Shown in pieces: positions 12,107 through 24,184 of a DNA stretch of 64,000 nt (its first letter is position 1; every line of letters starts with the position of its first letter). The translations under genes and the position numbers were made by a program. A model generated the notes under the pieces. It did no database searches and was not told where the DNA came from. It saw only the letters and a program-made list of their open reading frames with translations. This DNA comes from Squalus acanthias (taxonomy: Eukaryota), in contig CM059431.1 of NCBI GenBank assembly GCA_030390025.1, positions 67,208,001 through 67,272,000 of the forward strand, in the 5' to 3' direction.

Positions 12107-12266
12107 AATAAAGACTTGCATTTATATAGCGCCTTTCATGACCTCAGGGCTCCCCAAAGCGCTTTACAGCCAGTGAAGTACTTTTTTGAAGTGTAGTCAC
12201 GGTTGTAATGCAGAAAACGCGGCAGCCAATTTGCGCACAGCAAGCTCTCACAAACCGCAATGTGAC
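12107..12266 (-). mobile_element. Deu-domain SINE (SacSINE1/AmnSINE1-like) 3' tail
   Basis: The reverse complement gives the tail ...gtgcgcaaattggctgccgcg...gtgactacacttcaaaa...ggcgctatataaatgcaagtcttt, also seen at 36833 and 47414. Family name is from recall. Confidence 0.75.
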
Positions 12267-12269
12267 GAT

Positions 12270-12690
12270 GGCCTGGATTTTGCGGTGATCATGACAATGA
12301 TAATGTTGGCGTTCGCCATCATTACCCCTCTGAAACTGACCATAACTTCAGGATTTAGCACATGTGCAGATAAAGGAGGAAATCCTGAAGTTGCGGTCAT
12401 TCATTCCCTGCTACACCACAGGCTGCGCTGTGGAACTCCCCATAGCTGGCAATCGGTGTAATCAGTTGAACTGACGAAAACTGGAGCTTTTCTGTTCAAA
12501 TATCACTGTTAAACACCCCATAAAAAGTTAAGCCTTGTTGGAATAGGTGTAACTGGGATTTTTACGGCATATTGACTGCTGAACAACCGTTCTGCCCCTG
12601 TAAAACTAATTTTATATTTGTGGAAAGTCAAATTTCTCCATTATGATAATTACTGGATTTTTAAAATATTTTTAATTTTTTTTAAGGTTT
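12270..12690. mobile_element. Harbinger-type MITE (partial)
   Basis: Terminus GGCCTGGATTTTGCGGT; homologous in reverse to the element ending at 36813. Confidence 0.7.
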
Positions 12691-12702
12691 GTTTGATATG
12701 AT

Positions 12703-13210
12703 GGCCCGTAATTTCCGATGCCTACGGGTGTGTATGAGCTGTGTATACACCTGTAGGGACCTTGCAAGTGACGGTTTCAGGCATGCGAAGCGCATGCGCT
12801 GAAAACCGGCACTTCCGATAGATCGCACGCCTGCCCGGGAGAAGGGCCTCTGCGGGTGGAGAGTTCCGCTTTCTGCAGAACCTCCGCCCGCTGAAATCCC
12901 TTAAAAATCTTACGCCTGGTAAAAGTAGGCGTAAGGCCTGCTTTTACCAGCATAAGAGTTTAAAAAAAAAGTTTAAAAAAATTAAAAAAATTTCACTCAT
13001 TTATAATGTAAAAATACTTTTAAAAAAGGTAAGTTTATTTTTAGCCCCATAAAAAACTTTAATTATTTTTTTCAAAAAAATAAATTTTTGTTTAAAATAT
13101 TTAATTTAATGTAATTTTAACTCATTTTAAATGTGATTTAAAAAAAAGTTTATTTAATGTTGTAGTGTCTTTTTTCAGTGATTCCCATTCATGCTTTTGA
13201 CAGGTCTACC
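12703..13210. mobile_element. Harbinger-type MITE (partial), same family as 46599-47300
   Basis: Starts GGCCCGTAATTTCCGA...CCTACGGGTGTGTA and is colinear with 46599-47060, including the AT-rich core. Confidence 0.85.
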
Positions 13211-13509
13211 TGATCATAATGGTAAATCAGAAACCTCAGAAGCGGCGCAGCCAATGGCTTACCTGTATCAATTAAACAGCAACATTGGCATGACCTGAGT
13301 CATAGAATCCGGAATGCCGACCGTGATCACTTGTCGAAAATTGTTTGAGTTCTGCACACACTCAGCTGTTGCATTCAGATTTCAGGAACATTCTAAATTA
13401 CAGATTTTTTTTTACATGTATTTAGAAGATGACATTGGTAATTTAAGCTACCTAAATATTCTCAGATTTAATAAACGTGGGACGGAATTGGACCTCGTTT
13501 AACCATTTA

Positions 13510-13976
13510 TCAGGCGCAAAATGGAGGAAAAGGTCTAATTTTGGAGGCTATATGCGGTGCCCCAAGGGCGCCTGAAATCTGTCCAACGGCATATTGGCTC
13601 AGGTGATATTCAGGCATCCCTGGTGGTTGCCAGGCATTAGGCCCCTTGCATATTGCTAATGAGGGGCCTAACGCCTGTTTAAGGACCCCTTTCCGAAATT
13701 GGTCAGAAACTGAGCAGAGCATGAGTCAGGCATGTTCCGCTCAGTTTTTCTGGTTTCTTCTGCGGCCTAACCAGCGGTCCTTAGTGACTGCTGAAGGCCG
13801 CCAACATAAAATTAAGTTTTTAACTTGCTCCTTCCAGATCCACAGCACTAGGGCAGGCCTCCAATAAGGTCCGAGACCTCATTTTGAATGAGCCTCGGGC
13901 CTTCGGCTTCAAGTGCGCGCTGTGAGCATGCCGACCATTTCGGGCCTGAAAATGAGCCGAAACAAATTTTTCGCCC
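13510..13976. mobile_element. Harbinger-type MITE (partial)
   Basis: The right terminus reverse-complements to GGGCGAAAAATTTG, identical to the left TIR at 8002, and is followed by ACT. Confidence 0.72.
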
Positions 13977-14171
13977 ACTCTCACTTCATCAATGCCATGT
14001 GCTGGCACTTCAGTTCCCTATACCGTGCACAAATTACACACCAAACCTAACAGCAATGACAAAGTGTTTTGATGGGATTTAGCTAAGAATTAAAAATATC
14101 AAGAAAGAACAGGGATTGTATTTTACTTTAATTAATTTGAACTCATGGGACCTGAAATTTCTGAAAACTTT

Positions 14172-14895
14172 GGGCTGGATTTTGTCTTGGGGTCGGGTTG
14201 GGGTCGTGTAATCCGCATTCCGTGTTTCCCCCCCCACCCCGACTCCAGATTAATGTGGATGCCTGATGCAATTTTCACTTAATTGGGCAATTGAGTTGCA
14301 GCATGTGGGAACCCATGAACTAATTAGTGGTTTCAGTCTGAAAGTCGCCTCTGATGATGTCATCATTGCAGGTCAGAGACTGCTCTCAGAGATTGTCTGG
14401 CTACTGGTGAGAGAGATCTGCATTGCTTCTGTTGTAACTGACCTGGATGCAAATATGAATGAGAGAGAGAGAGATTTTTTGCATCCAAGTCCTATGACAT
14501 TGAATGTAGCAGTATCAGAGGCTACTTTCACACCTCATACTACTACTACCTTCATTACATCTCCGTTGTAATAGTGGACCTGCAGCCGATAGTCAGCTAT
14601 CCACTTGTGCTCCCGCCAGGTTTCACTGGAGTGTTTCACACCAGGCGTACTTCACGTCAGAAAAGGGTTAAACTAGCTACAACATTTCAAAATGGCATTA
14701 CAGACCCAATTTAGGGCTTGTTAAGTGCTTTAATGGCCTCTCCCGCCTCTTGGAGGCGGGACGGAGTCGGGAACCCCGCGACTGATTTTGTCAAAATTGC
14801 GTGGAGGCGGGATGGGGTCGGAAACCCCGACCCCGCAAATTTAACCCCCCACACGCCTGCAAACCCGACTCCATGGGTCATTCAAAATCCAGCCC
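14172..14895. mobile_element. Complete MITE with 13-bp TIRs and TTT target duplication
   Basis: TTT-GGGCTGGATTTTG ... CAAAATCCAGCCC-TTT. A second copy lies at 58451-59166. It appears nested in an older MITE starting near 14148. Confidence 0.92.
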
Positions 14896-15363
14896 TTTAT
14901 CTCTGGCATATGGTGCAAATCAAGGAATTCTGGCGTGAGTGACTTATGCCATTACTTACACCTCACCATAGTTCCTTGGGACTTTTGCGCTGTTTGACAG
15001 TCAGAGACCCTCACTGAAAAAGTTGAACTGCTAATTATCATCGCTCCTGCTTCCATTAAAATTAGTAGAGAGATTGAGTTGCTGAATTAATGCCACTGTG
15101 ATCACCACAGTCACTTAGACCATTACAGAATGGTGCTGGAGGGCTCAGAATCAGTGAAGTGTTCAATCACTCATCAGGTTTTGACACCGTTTGAATGCAG
15201 TTTCCACTAAATAAAATTCTCTGGGTCTAAAATGTTGAAAGAGTGTTGTATACAAATCAGCTATTTTGGAACAACCTGATTACTTTACATGTCGAGGGAT
15301 TGTACTGATTTATTTAAAAATGTAAGTCTGTTAACAGGAGATTCAAGAACTCCTTGACATTCA

Positions 15364-15993
15364 GGGGGGGAATTTGGACCCCAAAAAACGGGTGGGTTGG
15401 GATCGGGTGGGAGCTTAAAGTCCTAGAAAACTGAATGCTGACTCCAACCTGCCCACTTCTGGTTTTAACGGAAGCTGGCACTTTAAATATTTATAATGAG
15501 GCTGGGTGCATCGTTTTCAAATTTAACTGTGGCCGGCCGTGTTTCCTGGGCCTCGTGAACCCAGCAGCTAAAGGAAGGCGAGGACTGCTGGATCCAGGAG
15601 GGAAGAGCCTTCCCTTCCGCACACCCCACCCCCCCCCCGACCCTTCTGACCTCCGCCCCCCCCCCCCCCGATCGCGATCACTGCCAACCCACCCTCTGAC
15701 CCTTCTGACCTCCCCCCTGGATCTGGGCCTTCCGATTCCCGCTCCCGATCTCGGCCTCCCGACCCCCTCCGACGATTCTGACCTTCCTCCTCGCTGCTCC
15801 CCAGGCCTACCCTCCTGACAGCTGGCCAGCCTCTCGATCTAGCTAGCTGCAGGCAGGAAATAGATTTAAAAAAATGTAAATCTGGCCCTGCCGTTAAATT
15901 TGGCAAGCCTGAGGGAAACCTGTTCTTCCGGGTTTTCCGTCCGCCTTTCAGCACTCCCGCTCCCTACCTGCCTCCACAATAAAATTCTGGCCT
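15364..15993. mobile_element. Harbinger-type MITE
   Basis: Ends GGGGGGGAATTTGG and AAAATTCTGGCCTC, with a C-rich core. Confidence 0.6.
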
Positions 15994-16675
15994 CAGTGTG
16001 GGTTAGCGGAATCCCCTTTCATACTAATTCTTCATATTATCAGGAAAGGAAATGCAAACAATATGATTTTTTTTTAGATGTGCAGTTTGTAAATACTTGA
16101 ACCCCTAGCATTTGGCCTATAATGCATCTGGCACACTATAACCCAGAGTTGGGTCGATATGACAGCCCTGTTTGGGATAGAATGGGAATGAAATGAACCG
16201 GTATATGGAGGTGTGGGTTGCGGGTGGAGATAACCGCTTCAAACCAGTCTTACTTTAATATCATAACTTTGTTTAAAATAAAACAGCCAGTCACTTACTG
16301 ACAAGGCAGACTGTCAGAAGTGGAATTAAGCAGAAATTAAGGGATTTGCAACAACAATGACTGGCCCCTGTTTTAGCAGACTGCTGCCCTTTTGTGCCGT
16401 CCCGATTATGAGCAACGAGAATTAATTACAAAATAGGGAATAAACTCCATTTCTAGTAATAAATTTGAAAATGGGAAACCTGCACAAATTGTTTGAAAAC
16501 ATTAAATAACCTGTTGTTCCGTTCTGTGTCGAGCCCTTGGATGTGTGTCAGACATTGGACGTGCTGCTCCCGATCCGCCACCAGGCTCTCTGCTGCGTAT
16601 TCGAATTATTTTTCAAGCAAATTGTGGCATGAACTCGCCACTGGAGGATCGGGGAGCACAACTGTATAACTTAGT

Positions 16676-16877
16676 CATGATGCGGAGATGCCGGTGTTGG
16701 ACTGGGGTGGACAAAAATGAGAAGTCGCACAACACCAGGTTATAGTCCAACAGTTTTATTTAAAATTACGAGCTTTCGGAGCTGCTGCCCCTTCGTCAGG
16801 TAGAGGCAGCTCCGAAAGCTCGTAATTTTAAATAAAACTGTTGGACTATAACCTGGTGTTGTGCGACTTCTCATTTT
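16676..16877 (-). mobile_element. Short Penelope-like element insertion (inverted pseudo-LTR structure)
   Basis: Perfect 75-bp inverted repeat (16711-16785 / 16806-16880) flanked by the direct repeat TGTATAACTTAGT (16663-16675, 16878-16890). The same sequence is linked to a GIY-YIG C-terminus at 40551-41009. Confidence 0.88.
16767..16802 (-). ncRNA. Minimal type I hammerhead ribozyme motif (Penelope family A)
   Basis: UAC-CUGACGA-A-GGGGC-AGCA-GCUCC-GAA-AGCU-C/GUA: conserved core, 5-bp stem II, palindromic AGCU helix III and a UAC/GUA stem I. Confidence 0.7.
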
Positions 16878-18469
16878 TGTATAACTTAGTGTTCAACGCC
16901 AATATCGCCATTGCAGCGAATACTGGGTCATTCATTCAAATACATTCACCTGGGACTTTTACAGTGCAAAATGAACCCAACTTTTTCAGTGCAAGATGTG
17001 CCATTCCAATGGTGCAAGGCTCCAGGAAATTTTGGGCCATTGAAATTTATGGTGGCAAATATTTGCGTGTCTAGGATTCTTCTTCAAAATTTTAAGAATT
17101 CTGCAGAAGTATTTGCATGCTTATTTTGTTCTTTATTCTGACACTGTAGTATATATTGGTTTCATTTTTATCCTTTTTCATCTCTTAATTTTAATTTCTA
17201 CATTTTCCTCCCTTCTATTTCTGGCTTGCTTTCTCATTTATTTATCGATTTTTAAATCTTTACTTATTTCTTCTTACTATTTTGTGTCTGTCCATTCTTC
17301 CACACTCTGTCCACATGTTTCATATAAACTGCATTTACATTATGTGGGGCTTGTGCTAATGACACCAGTTCCCGGTAGTGTGGATGTCACACAATATAAA
17401 AACAACTTTTCAGCATATCTTCTGGACGTCAATCTTAGCGAGACCTGTCAGTTTTAATTTTGGCTTGTAGATGGCTGCATGAGACCTGTATTCCCAGAAC
17501 TAATGGCACTACTGTGGGTCTTGTACAATTGTTGTAGAGTGACGAGGACCAGCAAAGGTTAGAGATACTCTATGCCTGTTCTAAGTGCAGCTATGCCTGT
17601 ATAGAAATGTGAATGTTGCTGTTGACGGGGGTGGTGGGGTGGGCGGGATTGATAAACCATCAATAATGTGATATGTGCTGGAGCCTGGAATCTAGTATGC
17701 TACATTACCGCCATTGAACATGCATACATGGTACTACATCTCTCTTTTAAATGACCTTCATCAGTACTAATAAGAGGTTCCTGTCTTTAAGTACAGTTAA
17801 GAGTGTTGCAGTCCATGGTGTCCCTGGGGGGATGGGAGCTTGAAGCTCTATTCAAAGTCTGGACTGAAAAGACACATTACCATAATGATATGTCATTTTC
17901 TGTTTGAATTAAAATATCAAATGATGCCAAAACATCAGTACAATAATGTTGAACAAGCAAATGCTCAGCATGCTTGAACAATTAAATAATTTCATTGGAC
18001 CAAGTCCTACTCTACACTGCCAGGGCACAATAGACTGTGCCTGAGAAATATAGGTCTGTATTGGTAGTCTTGAGCAATATTCTGCCTTAATAAAAACAAA
18101 GTAGGTTCTTAAGACATTTGAACTAATAATTGACTCTGGGGATATTATAATGCAAGTTACATTAAATCCTTTTCATTCTAGAAAAGTCTCAGTAATAGTA
18201 ACAAAATCATATTCAAAATGTAACTTAAAAAAAGAATACCATTGCTCTCTTGGCCCCACAAGGTTTTTTTTTTACCACAGTAAACACTGAAACCTGAGGG
18301 ATAGGCTTAAAATTTCGAACTTTTTAGTGGATTAGTAAATATAATAAACGCATTTTACCTTACACAACATGTTGGTGTAGAAACTAGGGGAAAATGGGTA
18401 CTTGGCCTGGATTTTAGTGGTGACTGTGCTGTAGTAGTGGGGGAAACACCTGGACAAGAGTGACCAAGT

Positions 18470-19735
18470 TCAGTCTAATAATATTATGATCAGTCAAACC
18501 AAAAATGCTGAAAATGTAATGTTTGTATCAGATTATAAAAGGGCTAAATTTACAAAGATGGCAGATGACTTGAGTAGGATTGATTGGGTGGCCCTACTAG
18601 GTGACCATAACTGAAGAAATTTTGAAGGAATGCCTTCAAAACCATCCTTATGCAAAAATAAGCAATGTATGTCCCTAGAGTTATAAGAAGGGTACATGGT
18701 AAAACAAAGCCAAATTGGTTAACAGGTCATGTCCAAAGATATATTAGATTTAAGCAGAAATATTTTCACAGGTTTACAGTAAATAAATCTGATGAGAACG
18801 GGGATAGTTATTGAACTCAGCTGAAAGCAACAAAAGCTACCAGCAGAGCAGCCAAAATGACACTGGAGAAGAGGATAGCAGATAGGTGTAGTAGTAATAG
18901 CAAAGTATTTTTCAGCTATGTGAAGAGTCAGAGGGCCATTAGGACTTTATAAGGCCATTGAAGGATTCCTCTGGGCAGATTCAGGTGGAGTCCCAGGGGT
19001 CAGCAGAGGTTTTAAATGGCTTCTTTGCATTAGTCTTCACTACTGAAGATGATCAGTCATGATACATCGTGGAGTTGATGCTAAAATTGACAATGTCAAA
19101 GTGGAAGCAGATATAGTCCTGGCTAGACTAAGTGATCTTAAAAAAAAAAAAATCAGGATGGAATTTGCCCAAGGGTTCTCACAGAAATTGGGGCTGTGCT
19201 CTGCATGATACTTGCCCGTATATTTAATAGCTTGTTGGGGTTTGGGATTGTTTCCATGGCCTGCAGAGAGGCCCATATGGTACCAAGATTTAAAAAGGGA
19301 AATAAGTCAGAACTGCAAAATTACAGGCCTATTAGTTTAACTTCAGTTACACACAAGTTGTTAGAAGGGTTCATTAGAGATGCATTGTACAACTACCTTA
19401 ACAGAGAAGGGGTTATTAGGGAATCTTGGCATGGCTTCAGAAAAATATGGTGCTGTCTCACCAATCTAGTAGAATTTATTTGAGGAAGTTATTAAGTTGG
19501 TGGATGTCGGAAGCCCACTTGATATTGTGCATCTTGATTTTCAAGAAGCCTTTGACCAGATGCTGCACAGAAGGCTACCAAATAAGATTGAGGCCTTTGG
19601 GATTGCCAAGCAGATTTGGGGTTGGATAAGGACTGATTGCTTTATTGTGGTCAGAAAATAGTTATTAATGGTAGTTGTTCTACATGGGGACTGGTCACTA
19701 GTGGAGTCCTGTGAGGATTAGTGTTAGGGCCGTCA
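18470..19735 (+). mobile_element. Old CR1 LINE ORF2 fragment
   Basis: Translated pieces FKKGNKSELQNYRPISLTSV and HGFRK..CLTNLVEF, with many frameshifts. Confidence 0.88.
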
Positions 19736-19879
19736 CAAGTAGAAGTTACGTAAACAAAACAACTTCTTTTGTATGGTAGTAGCAAAAAACAAATTAAATA
19801 TCAATATCTAAACATAGAACTATGTTATATGTTAGGTGGTAGTTCATTTCGCAGAGGCGTATCAACCACTGGATCAAGT

Positions 19880-20163
19880 TGCTGACCCATTCAGTGAGGG
19901 TGGATTCGCTGCAATATTTCAAAAGGTAGTTTTGGTAGTTTGCCGGCCTGCATTTGCGCCCCCCGCACCCCCCCCCCCCCCCCTTCACCTTCCAGGACTT
20001 CCTGAGGGCCGCTTCCCAAATTGGTCCAGAGGAAACCCGCAGCTCACCAGAATTATTCAGATGAGGCCTGAGGCCCAATTTTGAAAGAGCCTTGAGCTTC
20101 TGGTGCACGCTGCAAGCACGCCAATCGTTTTGGCTCAAATGATTCTAAGTGAATTTCTACCCC
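19880..20163. mobile_element. Harbinger-type MITE (partial)
   Basis: The right terminus reverse-complements to GGGGTAGAAATT, as at 1459, and is followed by ACT. The body resembles 13870-13976. Confidence 0.65.
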
Positions 20164-20349
20164 ACTCTCACTTTGATCATTATGTGGAGGCACTTCAGTA
20201 AACCTAACACATAATGACGAAGAAGTATTTTCATGGGTTTTAGCTAAGAATTAAAAATACCAACAAACAGCAGAGATTTTACTTTACTTTAATCAATTAT
20301 TTTGAACTCATGAATTTGAATACATTAACCTGCACAGTTATTTTTCAGT

Positions 20350-20679
20350 CTAAGTAGCAGCGATGAGAAAATGAGCATAAATTCAGGAAATTTGCAATCC
20401 CTGTTGACTTAACTGGGAGAGGCGGAGTTATGATCAATTTTGCATGGTTTTGGCGAGGGTATGAGTGGAGCAGAGCAAAAGTATCAGGAAATTCACAGAC
20501 ACGATGGGTCGAATGGCCTGTGCCGTAAATTTCTATGATTCTATGAAATTATAGCATGGTGTGAATAATGGCGTAACTCACTTGCACCATAATTTTTTGC
20601 AACTTTTATGGTGTAAAACGAACCCAGTGCCGTAGATGCGTCATTGCAATTGCACAAGTCTCCATTAAATTCTGGGCCC
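20350..20679. mobile_element. Degenerate MITE carrying a short CR1 3' tail (about 20497-20545)
   Basis: Ends AAATTCTGGGCCC. 20555-20600 resembles the reverse complement of 14925-14965. Contains gatgggtcgaatggcctgtgccgtaaatttctatgattctatg. Confidence 0.5.
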
Positions 20680-20846
20680 TGGTCTTTTCCTATTCATTTT
20701 TTCATGTTTTATACTACTTCCTTTTTTTTCATGCACATGTGCTTAACAAGATGAGGAATGGCTATCAGGCTATCCTTTGTACTCTCTGAAGTCATCAAGC
20801 TCTTGGATCCAGATTGGAAGGATCACATAAGGTTCTGTTTAATCCG

Positions 20847-20990
20847 AACATAGGAATAGGAGTGGACCATTCAACTCCTTGAACCTGTTCCGCCATTCAG
20901 TCAGATCATGACTGATCTGTACCTCAACACTCTTAACCTGCCTTTGATCCATATAACTTGAAATCCTTACCTAACAAAATCTATCAATTT
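20847..20990 (-). mobile_element. CR1 3' end fragment
   Basis: gaacataggaataggagtggaccattcaac...cctgttccgccattcagtcagatcatg matches CR1 3' UTRs in reverse. Confidence 0.7.
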
Positions 20991-21879
20991 GAGTAAGAAT
21001 CACACCTATTTCTGCAGCACAGTGACAGTTCTATCAACTCTGCTCTATATTCTCATTGCCTTTGTGACCAACATTTGTACTTTTCAGTTGATTCATATTC
21101 AATTTGAGGATAATTTGATGCTATAGAAGCATATCAACTGGGAACAGGGTGGAGTTATGTTCAATAGGGCTGAATGTGATAGAGGACTGTGCTTCTCTAA
21201 CATTATGTTCCATCCTGCGTGCTTTGGGCCTTTAACTGCGGACTCGTGTGTGCATCTGCTGCTTCCTGCATTTCCACCATTGGTGGAAGAGCCTTCAGCC
21301 ATTTCAGCTGTACTCTAAGACTTCCTCTTTAAACCTTTTCACTTTTTCCCCACATTTGATTGCCTATTGGATCTGATGTTCAGTCATCTCTCCTAACCCT
21401 TACACTACTCAGCATCCATTTTTTCTGGTGTAAAGTGCCTTGTGATACTTTCTATATTAAAGATTCTAGCTATAAATGCAAGTTATTGTTATCAAACCTG
21501 CTGGAGCTTGGCAACTTCAATTAAGACAGATTTAGGTTTGAATTTTTTGAAACAAAAGGCAGAATTCTCTTGTTCAAGAAATCTGAACTGACACAACAAA
21601 TATCTTGGAGTTGCGCCAAATGTTGTTTCCTTATAATGTTGGCTTTGAGTGCAGTTTTAGTAGTTTGAGTTGAACTAGTCTGAAAACATAAACGGAGACC
21701 GGTTTACTTAGCCTTAGTGCTTAAAACATTCCCTCGAGAACCTTATAAAGACCTTCCTTTCATCTCCTCGGGCAGGATTGGAACCAGGTCCTTAAGGGGA
21801 TTGTTTGGCTATGCTTCATGTTTAACCACTTAAGCACTACTGCGAGAGTCATTCAATGTTTAGTTTCCTTGTAAGTACT

Positions 21880-22172
21880 TCCGATAGCTTGGTGGATAAA
21901 TGCACTGTGTGGTGCAGCATTTAGTCGGACAGATCATGAGAGTCCTAAAAAAGAAAAACTGCAAAATAAAACAAAAATAGTAAAATGTAACAGTATTCCA
22001 GCATTTGCAGTTTTTTATAACAAGTCCTATATCTATCTTGAGTTAGCTGATCTCAGCGAAGCAGTGCTGGGAGCAATACAGTTGGCCTCAGTGCACCTGG
22101 GCTAGTGAAAGGAAAAATCAGCTCGGACTCAAACTACTGATCACTGCTGAATGACTCCTGCTGGAAATGTGT
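21880..22172 (+). mobile_element. Ancient tRNA-derived SINE (AmnSINE2-like)
   Basis: Motifs gagttagctgatctcagc, ttggcctcagtgcacctgggctag and aaaatcagc...cctgctggaaa. Related pieces lie at ~37300-37450 (-) and ~57915-57960. Family name is from recall. Confidence 0.55.
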
Positions 22173-22457
22173 GTCCAAAAATGTGCGGGTTAGGTTGATT
22201 TGGCTATGATAAATTGACCCTTAGTGTTAGGGGGGGATTAAATATGTGGGGTTATGGGGATAGGATGGGATATGTTAGGGGGAATTAAATACGTGGGGTT
22301 ACGGCGGTCGGGTGGGATATGTGTACTGTGGGGATTAAAGCAGGGACAGGGTACTGGATTTGAATGATCAGCCATGATCGTATTGAATGGTGGTGCAGGC
22401 TCGACGGGCCGAATGGCCTACTCCTGCTCCTAGATTCTATGTTTCTATGTTTCTATG
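22173..22457 (+). mobile_element. 5'-truncated HE1-type SINE with CR1-derived tail
   Basis: Nearly identical to 26402-26500, with an internal duplication, and ends in (TTCTATGT)n. Confidence 0.8.
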
Positions 22458-24184
22458 ATGCTGGCTGGAGATGGTATCAAGTTCTGAGTATTCTGTTGAT
22501 ACCTTGTTCAGGTTCACACTTGTATATTGGCCACTTGGATGATGTATTGCAGGACCTTGTTAACCATAGCTGAGCACAAGTCACCATCTTCGAGAGAAGA
22601 ATAAACTAGAGAGGGAAGTTGGGAAATCTTTTGATAAATGGTTGTGAATTTGTACAGCATGAAGCAATAAGGAAATTGTTTATGAACAAAATTTGTGTCA
22701 CACATTGTAAGTGTCCTCCCCCCAAAAAAAACACATACAGTTCAGATTCAACTTTTAGTAAATCCAGAAATGTGAATCTCCATTAATCACTACTATTCAG
22801 GTTATAATTTTTAATAAAACAAGTGGGATGCATTCATCCCATTGATTCTGATGAGCTGCTAAACCCTTGTGATTTCTTAAAAAAAAAAGTTTGATGCTTT
22901 AAAAATTTACTTTTTCCTCCAAATATCATCACCACCTGTCTTTTTGTCCATTCCACCAATCCCTAACTGAGAGGCAGGTAGGTTTTCTGTCACTAATGTT
23001 GACTTTAAGTTCCCTGTTGGGGTGTATACGTGAGATGGCCTGTCCTCCAAATTCTTTTTTTTCAAAATGTTCCCTTCCCAAGTAGGGAAGTGCTGGGCTT
23101 CCTTTGGCACAGCTGAAAACTGGGAGCTCAGTGGCCCACCAACCCTTCAGACGTATGGTTCAAAGCTTAGAGTTCCACTCGCTGAACTATAAAGATGTAT
23201 CAGTGAGGAGGACAACTGTGGACACCATCTCTTTTTTTAATTTTAATATTTTTCTAAAGTATTTCCTGAGAATTCTTCATGTTGACTGTTGCTGAGTGGA
23301 ACAACTACGATAGAACCAGATTAAAAATTCTAGGAAATAACCTCCTTATTTCTCTCATCTATCTATTTTCTTTTAATTTGGTGCTAAAATTGCCCTTGCA
23401 GTTCCCAAAAGGCCAAATATTTTAGTCTTGTCTTTCTTACTTGATTTGAAAAGAATGTTTGGAATTGTTTTCATTGATGCACCAAGTTTATACTTCTATT
23501 CCTGTATCTTTTTTCAAGCACATATAATTAGATATCATTATGTTGATCCAGCATTCTCGGTTGGAGTCTGGATGCAGTCAGCTGTTCCTGTCTCTGCGGG
23601 AAAGTAACTAACTGTATGCTGCTATGCTGGAGTTCATTCAGATTGTATTTAGGTAAAAAATTGAAAAATATGGTTACTACAAAATGCAGAGTGCTTCAAA
23701 AGAAGTACCCATCATTTGCATTTAGATAGTGCTAATATTTTATGATGTAGCACAGGGTACACTATTTTCTCTGGTTCTGTGATCCAACATGTACATTTAT
23801 TCCAATGATCATGACCCATTTTATTCTGATTTAAAATGTGAGATTTTTTTAAACCATGTTTATTTCCTTTCCATCTCCAGTTTCCCATACCACACATCTT
23901 CCAAGTTAAGAGAGTGGACAGGCAACTTGCACCAAGATCTATGAGTGATGATTAGTTTGTGTTAGAAATGACTTGGGGTGACTATAGCCAATTTTTCCCC
24001 ATTTCTTTTTGCAGAGAAGTACCTGGCCCAGGTTGGCTGCAACTTTAGAAAGAGAATGTTCTCTCTCTGACTGTCTTCCAATTCAACATTTATCAGACTG
24101 CCCTTTGCATTGCAGCTAGAAAGGAAGTCAAAGACTTGCCATCCAGCTCTCAGGGATTAGCCAGTTGATTAGCCAATCATGATA

